From an uncultured delta proteobacterium (lineage in GTDB: Bacteria > Myxococcota_A > UBA9160 > SZUA-336), in assembly GCA_963704165.1 (NCBI GenBank), contig CAVPHD010000001.1:128001-192000 (forward strand): a stretch of 64,000 nt of DNA, read 5' to 3'. A program made the position numbers and the translations under genes. The notes beneath the pieces are model-generated. The model ran no database searches. It saw only the letters and a program-made list of their open reading frames with translations, and was not told the origin of the DNA. Of this stretch, positions 31,759-41,867 are shown piece by piece. The stretch's first letter is position 1. Every line of letters begins with the position of its first letter.

Positions 31759-33627
31759 GTGACCGCGCCGACGGACGACCCCGCCAAGTCGCAAGCCAAC
31801 GCGCCCACGAGCGTCGAGCCTCGTCCGCCGCTCGGGTTGGCGGAGCTGCTCGAGATACTGATGCGGGGGAAGGTTCTCTCCTCGCAGCAGGCGAAGGACC
31901 TCGAGGCGCGCGCCACCACGCTTCGCAGTCGCGTGCTGAAGGACCGTGTCGGATCGGTCCGCTCGCAGGCCGCCGCACGGTACGATGTCTCGGCTGCGGA
32001 GATCATCGCGGCCGCCGCTCTGCCGCACGGGCAGAAGGAGCACCGAAAGGTAGACGAGGACGCGATCGCGCAGGCGATCGCCGCCGAAGCGGGCCTGCGC
32101 TACGCGAAGATCGACCCGCTGCGACTCGACAACGCGCTGATCTCGAAGACCTTCTCGCGGCCGTTCGTGCGTCACCACGTCGTGATCCCGATCGGGCAGG
32201 AGAACGACGGGCTCGTGGTCGCGGTCGCCGACCCGTTCGACACGACGCTGCGCGAGACGCTCCAGGACGTGCTGCGTCGGCCATTCGTCTACGCGGTCAC
32301 CTCGAAACGCGACATCCTCGCCGTCGCCGACCGCGTCTTCGGACTTCGTTCGAGCATCCGTCAGGCGGTTTCCGAGCTCGGCGATCAGAGCCCCACCCAG
32401 ACGCTCGTGCAGCTCGTCCAGCTGCGCTCCAACGAAGAGCTCGCGAGTTCGAACGACGAGCACGTGGTCGCGGCGGTGGACTTCCTGCTCAACTACGCGT
32501 TCGAGCAGCGCGCCTCGGATCTGCACCTCGAGCCACGCGCGAACGACGCCGTCGTGCGCTTCCGCATCGACGGCATCCTGCACGACATCGAGTCGTATCC
32601 TCCTGCGGTGCACGCGGCGATCATCTCGCGCGTGAAGGTGATGGCGCGCATGGACATCGCCGAACGTCGCCGCCCGCAGGACGGCCGGATCAAGACCCAG
32701 CGGGGCCAGACCGAGGTCGAGATGCGCGTCTCGAGCCTGCCGACGGCGTTCGGCGAGAAGATCGTGATTCGCGTGCTCGACCCGAGCATCCTGCTCGCGG
32801 ATCTGCAGGACCTCGGCTTCGCTCCGCACGAGCGCGAACTCTACGAGAAGTGGATCACCGCGCCCTCCGGTCTGATCCTCGTCACCGGACCGACGGGCTC
32901 GGGAAAGACGACGACGCTGTACTCGACGCTGCGCTATCTCGCGGGCCCCGAAGTGAACATCACCACCGTCGAGGATCCGATCGAGATGGTCGATCCGCGC
33001 TTCATGCAGGTGCAGGTCCAGCGCAAGATCGACGTCACGTTCGCGACCGCGCTCCGTTCGATCCTGCGCCAGGACCCCGACATCATCATGGTCGGCGAGA
33101 TCCGCGACAGCGAGACCGCGCAGATGGCCGTGCAGGCCGCGCTGACCGGGCATCTCGTCCTCTCGACCGTCCACACGCGCGACGCGGCGGGCGCGGTGAC
33201 TCGCCTCGCCGAGCTCGGCGTCGAGCGCTTCCTGCTCTCGAGCGTACTGCGCGGCGTGCTCGCGCAGCGGCTCTTGCGCCGGATCTGTGCGCACTGCACG
33301 TCCGAGGGCACGCTCACTCCCGATCAGGTGAACGCGCTCGGGATCAAGGTTCCCGTCGAGCGGCGCGAACGACTGAAGGTCCGCTGGGGCGAGGGCTGCG
33401 TCGAGTGCCGGCACACCGGACTCTACGGGCGCACGGGCGTGTTCGAGCTTCTCGACATCGGGCGCCGCGTGCGCGAGCTGATCAAGAAGGGCGAGGACGC
33501 GGCGGAGATCTGCCGCGGTGCGCGCGTCGAAGGCATGGAGTCGCTGCGCGAGAGCGCGCTGCGCCGACTCGCCGAGGGACTGACGACCTACGAAGAGGTC
33601 GTTCGAGCCACTTCGGACATGGACTGA
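31759..33627 (+). CDS. GspE/PulE/PilB family secretion or pilus ATPase
   Basis: ASDLHLEP, RRPQDGR, GPTGSGKTT, EDPIE, LRQDPD, GHLVLSTVH, Zn motifs CAHC and CVEC. Confidence 0.93.
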   Translation: MTAPTDDPAKSQANAPTSVEPRPPLGLAELLEILMRGKVLSSQQAKDLEARATTLRSRVLKDRVGSVRSQAAARYDVSAAEIIAAAALPHGQKEHRKVDEDAIAQAIAAEAGLRYAKIDPLRLDNALISKTFSRPFVRHHVVIPIGQENDGLVVAVADPFDTTLRETLQDVLRRPFVYAVTSKRDILAVADRVFGLRSSIRQAVSELGDQSPTQTLVQLVQLRSNEELASSNDEHVVAAVDFLLNYAFEQRASDLHLEPRANDAVVRFRIDGILHDIESYPPAVHAAIISRVKVMARMDIAERRRPQDGRIKTQRGQTEVEMRVSSLPTAFGEKIVIRVLDPSILLADLQDLGFAPHERELYEKWITAPSGLILVTGPTGSGKTTTLYSTLRYLAGPEVNITTVEDPIEMVDPRFMQVQVQRKIDVTFATALRSILRQDPDIIMVGEIRDSETAQMAVQAALTGHLVLSTVHTRDAAGAVTRLAELGVERFLLSSVLRGVLAQRLLRRICAHCTSEGTLTPDQVNALGIKVPVERRERLKVRWGEGCVECRHTGLYGRTGVFELLDIGRRVRELIKKGEDAAEICRGARVEGMESLRESALRRLAEGLTTYEEVVRATSDMD

Positions 33628-33631
33628 CCCG

Positions 33632-35098
33632 ATGAGCCGCGAGTGCGCGAAGGAAGTCAGCCTGCTCGTGAAGGCGGGCTGGAGATTGATCCTGCTCGAG
33701 TCGTTCGAGGAGGATCGCGCTCTCGCGACGCTCGAGCTCGCCGCGAAGGCTTCTGGGCGCGAGCTGATCTCGTGGTCGGTCGCCTCGGGCCTCGGCGCCA
33801 CGGGTGTCGGTGCGGGCTCGTTCGACGACGGTCTGCGCGCGATGTCGGCCAGCTCCGATCCCGCCTTGTTCGCGATTCTCGACGCGCATCGCCAGCTCTC
33901 CGATCCGCTCGCGCTCCGACGGCTCCGCGATCTGCTCGAGCTGCTCGCCGAGCGCCGGCAGTCGATCGTGCTGATCGCGCCCGCGCTCGATCTTCCCGTC
34001 GAGCTTCTGCACGAAGCCGCGGTCGTCGAGCTCGCGTTGCCTCGCGCGAACGAGCTCGAGGCCGTGTTCAAGTCCGCGATCGAAGCGCCGGACCCGGGCG
34101 CACTCGAGGGCGCGGTGAAGGCCGCGCTCGGTCTCACCGCCGACGAAGCGCTGCGCGTCTTCCGGAAGGCCTGCACGCTTGCCGGAGGACTGAACGACAA
34201 GGCCGTCGCCAGCATCGTGCACGAAAAGCGGCAAGCTCTGCGCCGGACCCCTGCCCTGTCGTTTCACGAGTCGAGCGCGGGCCTCGACGACGTCGGTGGC
34301 CTCGGCGAGCTGAAGCGCTGGCTGCGCGAGCGTCGACGCGCATTCACCGACGAGGCGCGGCGTTTCGGACTGCCGCTGCCGCGCGGTCTGCTCCTGCTCG
34401 GCGTGCAGGGCTGCGGAAAGTCGCTCTCCGCGAAGGCGGTCGCGCGCGAGTGGAACTTCCCGCTGCTCCGGCTCGACCTCGCGGCCGCGTTCGGCACCCC
34501 GGACCAGACACCCGAGGCGACGATCCGTGAGGCGACCGCGGTCGCCGAGTCGATCGCGCCGTGCGTGCTGTGGATCGACGAGATCGAGAAGGGCTTCGCC
34601 GCCGCGAGCGAAGGCGGAGCGTCGAGCCGGGTCTTCGGTGCATTCCTGACCTGGCTCTCGGAGAAGCAGGCTCCGGTCTTCGTCGTCGCCACCGCGAACG
34701 ACGTGATGCGCCTGCCCCCGGAGCTCCTGCGCCGCGGGCGTTTCGACGATCTCTTCTTCGTCGATCTGCCGACCCACGCGGAACGCGTCGAGATCCTCGC
34801 GATCCACCTGCGCGGACACGGACGCGATCCGCTGCAGTTCGATCTCGGAGAGCTCGCCGCCCAGGCCGCGCGGCTCTCCGGCAGTGAATTGGAGCAGGTC
34901 GTGAGCGCCGGGCTCTACACCGCGTTCACCGAGGACCGCGACCTCTCGTGGAACGACCTCGCCAATGCGATCACCGAGACCGTCCCGCTCTACGAAACCT
35001 ATGAAGAGCGGATCAAGGAGCTTCGCGACTGGGCACGCACGCGCGCTCGGCCGGCGACGCTGGATGCAAAGGCGGCGGATCTGTTCAGGGGACGCTGA
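33632..35098 (+). CDS. AAA ATPase, Ycf46-like (degenerate N-terminal AAA plus intact AAA)
   Basis: DVGGLGELKRWL, GVQGCGKSL, WIDEIEK, LRRGRFD, LRDWARTRARPA. Confidence 0.88.
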   Translation: MSRECAKEVSLLVKAGWRLILLESFEEDRALATLELAAKASGRELISWSVASGLGATGVGAGSFDDGLRAMSASSDPALFAILDAHRQLSDPLALRRLRDLLELLAERRQSIVLIAPALDLPVELLHEAAVVELALPRANELEAVFKSAIEAPDPGALEGAVKAALGLTADEALRVFRKACTLAGGLNDKAVASIVHEKRQALRRTPALSFHESSAGLDDVGGLGELKRWLRERRRAFTDEARRFGLPLPRGLLLLGVQGCGKSLSAKAVAREWNFPLLRLDLAAAFGTPDQTPEATIREATAVAESIAPCVLWIDEIEKGFAAASEGGASSRVFGAFLTWLSEKQAPVFVVATANDVMRLPPELLRRGRFDDLFFVDLPTHAERVEILAIHLRGHGRDPLQFDLGELAAQAARLSGSELEQVVSAGLYTAFTEDRDLSWNDLANAITETVPLYETYEERIKELRDWARTRARPATLDAKAADLFRGR

Positions 35099-35876
35099 CC
35101 GGCTTCACGCGGAAGACTGCGAAGAGCGCGGGGTGATCACTGAGCGGTGTCGGACCGTCGGAGAACTCTCGCGCCTCGCCCGACTGTTCCGGTAGGAGCG
35201 CGACCTGGCTTCCGCTCCGATACAGGATGAAGTCGATCCGTTTGTTTGCGAACGGGCCGTCGCTCGCCGGGCGTGCACCGCTGTCCTCGAGGGAGAGCTC
35301 GCGCGCGAAGCGTTCGAGGAGCGCTCGGTCCGCTGCGTTCGACTCGTCGAGGTTGAAGTCGCCGGCGATCACGAGAGGTCCATCGCCGGATACGCGTTGG
35401 ACGCGCTCGGCGAGCTTCTGCAGCTGCACGTCGCGCGCCGCGCGATCGGTCGCGTCCTGACCCGCGTCGAGGTGCAGATTCCAGAAGTCGAGCTCGGCGC
35501 CGTTCTCGAGCGCGACCCGAACCCGCAGGAATCCCTTGTCTGCGAAGCAGTCGTTCGCGCGGTCGAGCCAGCCCGCGCACGCGCCGAGCGATCCGCGGCT
35601 CACCGCACGAAGTCGCGGGCGCGCGAACGTCGCCAGACCGGTCTGAAACAGCGTCCCGGTATCGACGCCGCCGCTTCGCTCCTTGGTCGCATGGGTGGCG
35701 TTCGCTTCGAGCATCTCGAAGAAGCTCCAGCTCTCCTGTATGAGCGCCACGTCGTAGAGGTTCAGGCGCGACGAGATCTGTGGCATGCGCGCCTCTGGGT
35801 CGTCGGAGACGAACACGCTCGGAAGTCCGTGCACGTTGTAGCTCAGCACCGTGATCAGGAGCGCGGCGAGCTTCAC
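35085..35876 (-). CDS. Endonuclease/exonuclease/phosphatase family protein (sphingomyelinase-like)
   Basis: SYNVHGL, IQE, NLHLD, AGDFN, RIDFI, SDH; GTG at 35876 overlaps the upstream stop. Confidence 0.85.
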   Translation of the reverse strand: MKLAALLITVLSYNVHGLPSVFVSDDPEARMPQISSRLNLYDVALIQESWSFFEMLEANATHATKERSGGVDTGTLFQTGLATFARPRLRAVSRGSLGACAGWLDRANDCFADKGFLRVRVALENGAELDFWNLHLDAGQDATDRAARDVQLQKLAERVQRVSGDGPLVIAGDFNLDESNAADRALLERFARELSLEDSGARPASDGPFANKRIDFILYRSGSQVALLPEQSGEAREFSDGPTPLSDHPALFAVFRVKPVSVP

Positions 35877-36868
35877 GCGCGGACCTCGTTCACGAGCGGC
35901 TCGCCGCGTCCGTACCGCACCAGATTCCGCAGAAAGACCGCCGTGCGTCGCTCTTCGTTTCCACTCGAGATCGAAGAGTTGTGCGGCGTCACGATCACGT
36001 TTGGAAGCGACCAGAGAGGTGACGAGCCCGGCAGTGGTTCTTCGGTGAAGACGTCGAGGTAGGCGCCGGCGAGACGACCATCTCGCAAGGCCTCGATCAG
36101 GGCCGGCTCGTCGATGACACCACCACGCGAAATGTTCAGGACGCGCGCACCGCGCGGCAGGAGCGCCAGGGCATTCGCGTCGATCGCACCGCGGGTCTCG
36201 TCCGTCAACGCGCACGCGAGCGCGAGCCAGTCCGCGCGCGGCAGGAGCTCGCGCAGGCGCGCGGGTGGGTGAAGCTCGTCGACGGGATCCTGCGCCGTGC
36301 GCGGACTCCGTCGCACCCCGATCACACGCAGGCCGAGAGCGCGCGCGAGCCGCGCGATCTCCGTGCCGATCGCACCGAGGCCGAAGACGAGAATCGTCTG
36401 CCCGGAGAGGTCCGCGGGCACACGCGAGTCCGCGACCGGCTCCCAAGCTCGCCGTCGCTGCGCGTCGAGCCAGTGCGGGAATCCACGCGCGAGCATCATC
36501 AGCCCGGCGATCGCGGTCTGTGCGATCGGCACGGCGGAGGTCCCGCTCGCCGTCGTGAGCCGGACCCCGTCCGCGACGAAGCGCTGGAACACGGGATGAT
36601 CCACACCCGCGTTGAAGACCTGTAGCCAGCGAAGCTTCTTCGCGGCGAAGGCCGCCGCGAAGAACGCACGCGATCGGTCCGGGAAGACGTCACCGGAGAA
36701 GTACGCGATCTCGATCTTCGCGCATTCGGCCGGATCGATCCGCGCCTCGGGGTCGTCGTGGATGACGATGGGTTCGAGCTCGAGGCCGGCCTCGCGCGAA
36801 GCCGCGTCGAGCCCGGCCGCATGACGAGCGAGAAAGCGCTGTGATACGAGCAGGCCGCGCAACGCCAC
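35873..36868 (-). CDS. D-2-hydroxyacid dehydrogenase
   Basis: AGVD, GLGAIG, NISRG, LDVFTEEP, TPHNS; start uncertain (36868 or 36913). Confidence 0.88.
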   Translation of the reverse strand: MALRGLLVSQRFLARHAAGLDAASREAGLELEPIVIHDDPEARIDPAECAKIEIAYFSGDVFPDRSRAFFAAAFAAKKLRWLQVFNAGVDHPVFQRFVADGVRLTTASGTSAVPIAQTAIAGLMMLARGFPHWLDAQRRRAWEPVADSRVPADLSGQTILVFGLGAIGTEIARLARALGLRVIGVRRSPRTAQDPVDELHPPARLRELLPRADWLALACALTDETRGAIDANALALLPRGARVLNISRGGVIDEPALIEALRDGRLAGAYLDVFTEEPLPGSSPLWSLPNVIVTPHNSSISSGNEERRTAVFLRNLVRYGRGEPLVNEVRA

Positions 36869-36941
36869 CTTCAGCCGACGAATCGAGGGGTCGAGTACAT
36901 CGCGCGGGAGCATACCGCGGAACGCCGGCTATGATGCGCGC

Positions 36942-37637
36942 GTGCAGCCGACGGTGGGCATCCCGCTCTGTCTGGACGATCGCGACCGCATTCGACCCGG
37001 GCGCACCTACCACTACGTTCACGCCGCGTACGCACGCGCCGTCGAACGCGCGGGCGGAGTTCCCGTCTACCTGCCCGTGCAGAGCGACGTGCGAGCTCTC
37101 GTCGGGCGCGTCGATGCGCTGCTCGTTCCCGGGGGGGACGATCTTCCGCCCTCCCGGCCCTACCCACCGACCGTCTCGTTCGATCTCGTTGCGCCGGCCC
37201 AGCTCGAATTCGATCGCGCGTTGCTCGACGCTGCGCTCGCGCGCGACCGGCCCGTGCTCGGCATCTGTTACGGAATGCAGCTCCTCGCGCTCGCGTTCGC
37301 TGGCGCGCTGCACTACGACATCGAGAGCGACGCGCCCGGCGCGGATCGGCACCGCCTGCCCGAACTCGACGGACGCCACGCGATCCGGATCGAGCCGGGA
37401 TCGAGGCTCGAAGCCATCGTCGGCGAGCGCGAAGTCCGCGTCGGCAGCCGCCATCACCAGGCGGTGTCGGATCCGGGTCCGGGTCTGCGCATCGCCGCGC
37501 GCGCCGAGGACGGCGTGATCGAGGCGGTCGAGCGGCCGGCCGGGGTCTTCTGCATCGGCGTTCAATGGCACCCCGAAACCGATGCCGATGCGCTCGCCGA
37601 TGCGCTCTTTCACGCGTTCGTCGAAGCTTCGAGCTAG
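36942..37637 (+). CDS. Gamma-glutamyl-gamma-aminobutyrate hydrolase family (peptidase C26, PuuD-like)
   Basis: PGGDD, LGICYGMQ, SRHHQAV, VQWHPE. Confidence 0.9.
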   Translation: MQPTVGIPLCLDDRDRIRPGRTYHYVHAAYARAVERAGGVPVYLPVQSDVRALVGRVDALLVPGGDDLPPSRPYPPTVSFDLVAPAQLEFDRALLDAALARDRPVLGICYGMQLLALAFAGALHYDIESDAPGADRHRLPELDGRHAIRIEPGSRLEAIVGEREVRVGSRHHQAVSDPGPGLRIAARAEDGVIEAVERPAGVFCIGVQWHPETDADALADALFHAFVEASS

Positions 37638-38140
37638 CTCTCGAGGGGGCGCTCGTACCACGCGACGTCGTGGTAGCGACCGAACTTGCGGCCGACCTGG
37701 TCGAACTTCGCGACGCATGCGAAGCCCACGCGCTCGTGAAGCGCCACCGATGCCGGATTCGGCTGCGTGATCCCGGCGTACGCCCGGTGCACGTCCTCTC
37801 CGACGAGCGCCTCGAAGAGCGCGGCGTAGAGCCGTCGGCCGAGCCCGCGACCCGTCGCCTCGGGCCGCAAGTAGATGCTCGTCTCGACGGACGTCTCGTA
37901 GGCCGCCTTCTCGCGAAACGGACCCGTGCAGACATAGCCCGCGAGTCCGCCGTTCCGCGTCGCGACGAGCAGGCGGTGGCGACCCGCAGGCGCGAACTTC
38001 TCGAACCACGGGCGGCGCGAAGCGATCGTGTACGGCTCGATGTCGAAGGTAGATGCGCTCGTGCGAACGTATTGGTTGTAGATCTCGACGAGCGCGGGCA
38101 GATCGGCCGTCGTTCCGGCGCGGATCTCGAACTCGCTCAC
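37634..38140 (-). CDS. GNAT N-acetyltransferase, Pat/MddA(YncA)-like
   Basis: [53 protein letters not shown]. Confidence 0.88.
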   Translation of the reverse strand: MSEFEIRAGTTADLPALVEIYNQYVRTSASTFDIEPYTIASRRPWFEKFAPAGRHRLLVATRNGGLAGYVCTGPFREKAAYETSVETSIYLRPEATGRGLGRRLYAALFEALVGEDVHRAYAGITQPNPASVALHERVGFACVAKFDQVGRKFGRYHDVAWYERPLES

Positions 38141-38749
38141 GATGTCGCTCGCGCGCGCCGAAGCCGCGGCCAGAGTCGCGCTGCGAGCAGAACGGCGAGA
38201 ACACCGGCATAGATCAGCGGCTCGCGCTGATCCGCCTTCACGAGCCACAGGAAATGCAGGCAGCCCGCCACGCCCGCAGCGTACACCAGACGGTGAAGGC
38301 GGACCCAGTGCCGGCCGAGCCGGCGCATCCACGCGCGCGTGGACGTGATCGCGAGCGGCAGCATCAGCAGAAATCCCGTGAACCCGGCCGTGATGTAGGG
38401 CCGCTCGAGGATGTCCTCGAGGAGCGTGTCCCAGGCGCGCCAGAGATCGACGAGCGCGTAGATCAAGAGGTGCGTCGAGCAGTAGGCGAAGCTGAGCAGG
38501 CCGAACGTGCGCCGATATCTCGCGAGCCAGGCCTGACGCAACGCCCGGCGCAGCCGGCGTGATCGCGAGCGTCGCGAGCAGGAATCGGAGCGTCCAGTGG
38601 CCGGTCGTGTGCTCGAGCGTCTCGACGGGATTCGCGCCGAGCGTCCCGCGCAGCGCCGAAATGCCGAGCCAGGCGAGCGGCGCGAGCGCGCAAGCGACCA
38701 GCGCCCACTGCCCGCGCAGAAGCGGGAACCGACATGCCCGTTCGCCCAA
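38137..38749 (-). CDS. msrQ: Sulfoxide reductase heme-binding subunit MsrQ (one frameshift near 38550; start uncertain)
   Basis: [19 protein letters not shown], then in another frame [32 protein letters not shown]. Confidence 0.88.
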
Positions 38750-38768
38750 CGCGAAACGCCCCCGCCGC

Positions 38769-39749
38769 TCAGAAGTTCGCGCGAAGATCCATTCCCGAGT
38801 AGAGCTCCGCCACCTGCTCGGCGTAGCCGTTGAACGGGAGCGTGCGCGTGCGGCGGAAGTCGCCGATCCGCCTCTCGCGCTTCTGGCTCCAGCGCGGATG
38901 ATCGACCTCGGGGTTCACGTTCGAGTAGAAGCCGTACTCGCTCGGCGCCGACATGTTCCAGCTCGTCGTGGGCTGGCGTCTCCTGCAGGCGGATCGAGAC
39001 GATCGACTTGATGCTCTTGAAGCCGTACTTCCACGGCACGACGAGCCGGAGCGGCGCGCCGTTCTGGTCGGGCAGGTCGCGGCCGTACATGCCGGTGGCG
39101 AGCAGCGTGAGCGGGTGCATCGCCTCGTCGATGCGCAGCCCCTCGCGGTAGGGCCAGTCGAGCACCGCGCGGCGCTGGCCGGGCATCTGCTCCGGGTCGA
39201 GCAGGGTGCGCGAACGCGACGTACTTCGCGTCGCGACGTCGGCTCGAAGCGCGCGAGCACGTCGCGCGAGCGGCAGCCCGCGCCAGGGGATCACCATCGA
39301 CCAGGCCTCGACGCAGCGCAGCCGGTAGATGCGCTCCTCGACCGGGGGGTCGCGGCGAGCAGATCTTCGAGCGCGACGCGTGCCCGGCTTCGCGACCTCG
39401 CCCGTCGATCGAGACCGACCAAGGGCGCGTGACGAGCGACGCCCGCGTTCGCGGCCGGGTCGTCCTTGTCGGTGCCGAACTCGTAGAAGTTGTTGTAGCT
39501 GGAGGCATCCTCGAACGGCGTATGCGCCTCGTCGGTCGTGAAGCCGTCCGGGGACCTCACCGGGCTCTTCTTCCCGGCGGGCTCGCCGGCCTTCGCGGCG
39601 ACATCCTCCGCCCGGCTACAGCCCGGCATCAGCATCCACCCCGCCGCGACGCCCAGGTCGCGGATGAATTCGCGGCGGCGTCGGTAGAGCCGGAGCTCGG
39701 TGATCTCGCGCTCCGGGCTCTCTCCGAGGGGATTTCGACGAATCAGCAC
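38769..39749 (-). CDS. msrP: Protein-methionine-sulfoxide reductase catalytic subunit MsrP (several frameshifts)
   Basis: Tat-like [83 protein letters not shown]. Confidence 0.92.
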
Positions 39750-39816
39750 CTGCGCTCCTTTCCGGGCACCTCAGGGTACGGAGCGAAGCGTGCCTCGGTT
39801 GCGCCCGAAAAAGAGA

Positions 39817-39849
39817 AAACGGGGGTGGCGAGTACCGCCACCCCCGTTT
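39817..39849 (-). terminator. Rho-independent terminator of the PEP-CTERM gene
   Basis: 14-bp stem aaacgggggtggcg/cgccacccccgttt with a 5-nt loop, followed on the minus strand by a U-rich tract. Confidence 0.85.
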
Positions 39850-39882
39850 CCTATTGTGAGAATTCGTCCGAGTCGGACGCGA

Positions 39883-40644
39883 TCAGGCCTTGCGCGAGCG
39901 CAGGGCGAGAGCACCGAGGCCGAGCAGCACGAGTGCTGCGGAACCCGGCTCAGGCACGGTGACCGTGGAGCCGAGGGTCCAGCCCGCCTGGCGGCGGTTC
40001 GGGTCCTCGACCACGTTCGACCAAGCGCTGACGATCACGTCGCTCGACGCGATCGTGTCGTGCGCGCCGTTCAGGCCCCACGTCCCGAGCACGACCGCCT
40101 GCACAGGCGTCGTGTTCGTGATGGCGGACAGGTACGGCTGGATCGGGATCGGCGTGCCCACAGGTGCCGGGAACGCGATCGCGCCGCAGTTCGAGCCCGT
40201 GCAGGTGAGCCAGCTGTCGGGGTACGCAGTCTGCGCAATGGCGGTCGTGCCGCTCCACAGAATGTCGTCACCGACCAGCGTTCCGGTTGCCCCACCCGCA
40301 AAGTTCGTCACCGAGTGCGACGAAAGCTCGATCGTCCCGAACACGAGCGGGGTAAGCGTATTCATCACCAGCGTCCCGCCGATCAGCGTCACGGCCGAGC
40401 CCGTGATGTCGACCGTCATGGAACTGCCGGCGGCGAACGCGTACCGGAAGCAGTCGCCCGTCATGCCTGCGGCGCAGGCACCACCGTTGGTCGGCGGACC
40501 GGGGATCGCGGCGTTCGCGTCCGTGCTGCGGGACCAGTAGCCAGTCACTCCAGAAACGTCAAAAACGACTGTCGCCGCCATCGCCGCCGAGCTGAAGGCC
40601 AGCACGGCACCGAGTGCGACGACCGTTCCAAGGATGCGCTTCAT
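39883..40644 (-). CDS. PEP-CTERM sorting domain-containing surface protein
   Basis: Signal peptide MKRILG..AAMA, Thr/Ser/Gly-rich body, C-terminal VPEPGSAALVLLGLGALALRSRKA. Confidence 0.92.
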   Translation of the reverse strand: MKRILGTVVALGAVLAFSSAAMAATVVFDVSGVTGYWSRSTDANAAIPGPPTNGGACAAGMTGDCFRYAFAAGSSMTVDITGSAVTLIGGTLVMNTLTPLVFGTIELSSHSVTNFAGGATGTLVGDDILWSGTTAIAQTAYPDSWLTCTGSNCGAIAFPAPVGTPIPIQPYLSAITNTTPVQAVVLGTWGLNGAHDTIASSDVIVSAWSNVVEDPNRRQAGWTLGSTVTVPEPGSAALVLLGLGALALRSRKA

Positions 40645-40915
40645 TCTCGTCTTCCCTCCCAAATGCCCCGTGGTCGCTAGCTACCGCGTGGCGTGTCATC
40701 CGCAGTGAAACCTTTCGTCACTCCCTCCGAGTGGCCATGGGGTAGCACTGTAGCCGGAATGCTACGCGCGATGGTTCCATAAAGCCTATGCCGATCTCCG
40801 CTCGATTTGTGTCCGTTAGCGCTCAGGTCGGGACCGGGTCTCGAACACCACCCGGAGCAGATCGGAGCCTGCCGACCCGCCGGGAAATCCTCGAGCGATG
40901 CGAGCTTCGGTGCAC

Positions 40916-41759
40916 TCAATTTGCCGGTGCCGGCTCTCGTCCGGCGCGCCGGCCGTGCGACGCCCGGTAGCGCCCCGGAGGCTCGAGCATTCGCTGGGCG
41001 AACACGCGCGAGAAATGGAAGCGATTCGCGAAGCCGCAGCGCTCGGCAATCTCGTCGATCGTGGAGTGCGTCGTCGCCAGGAGATCCGCGGCCTGCTGCA
41101 CGCGCCGGTCCTGTACGTGGCGCGCGGGCGTACAGCCAACCACCCGACGGAACATCCGGATGAAGTGCGATTCGCTCGCGTGCACGAACGCCGCCAGCCG
41201 CGGGTTGTCGAGCGGCTCCTGCAGGTGCTCGTCGATGAAGCGGAGCACCGGCCGGAGTTGCCGTTCGGCGTCGTCGTCGCGCTCGGTCTCGTCGAGGGCG
41301 TCGCGTCGCAGGTCGAAGGCCGTGGCCACGCAGAGATTCACGAGCGCCTTTGCGCGCGAGGAGGTCGCGCGCGCCGATCGCCGTGCTCGCTTCGAGGTCC
41401 CGGCGAAGCCGAGCGCACAGGCGGTCGCGAAGCTCGTCGGGCGCGAGCACGAGCGGCTCGGCACCGAGCGCCTCGAGGTGCTCCTCCGCGGCCAAGCTGA
41501 GCTGGAACTGCACGAGCAGCTGCAGGACGTCGCCCTCGGGCTTCGCCGACGCGCTCGCCGGAGGAATCAGGATCGCCCTCCCGGCGGGCAGAGCGATCAG
41601 ACGCGGACCGAGACGCAGGCTCGCCCCGACGTCGTCGCAGAACGACAGACGCCAGCTGGCGCGCCCGGAATCATCAGGCACCCAGCGATCTGCGAACGGC
41701 GCGACACCCAGCCAGAGAAGCCGCAGCTGATAGGTGTCGATCCCGGCCTCTTCGAGCAC
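40916..41759 (-). CDS. AraC family transcriptional regulator (one frameshift near 41360)
   Basis: C-terminal FIDEHLQEPL..SESHFIRMF..IDEIAERCGFANRFHFSRVF; the N-terminal part is in another frame. Probable GTG start at 41759 behind GGAAGGGG, with a TACAAT hexamer at 41785-41790; alternative ATG at 41786. Confidence 0.85.
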
Positions 41760-41867
41760 GGCGAATGATCCCCTTCCGAGCAGCATTGTATACAGATCCG
41801 AGCTGCCGTGGGTAAAAAAACCCGATGGGGAAGCTCAGCGGCCGGCAAATGGCCGGCAACGACCGAG

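Noticed and set aside
31759..33627. Complete type II secretion or type IV pilus locus
   Set aside because: Only the ATPase is present; no platform, secretin or pilin genes in the window.
37634..38749. Apparent MsrQ-GNAT fusion ORF (371 aa)
   Set aside because: Artefact of the msrQ frameshift; msrQ ends at 38137 in another frame and the GNAT has its own GTG at 38140.
40645..40915. c-di-GMP riboswitch or sigma54 promoter upstream of the PEP-CTERM gene
   Set aside because: A GAAA-containing hairpin is present, but I could not match the riboswitch consensus or a GG-N10-GC sigma54 spacing.
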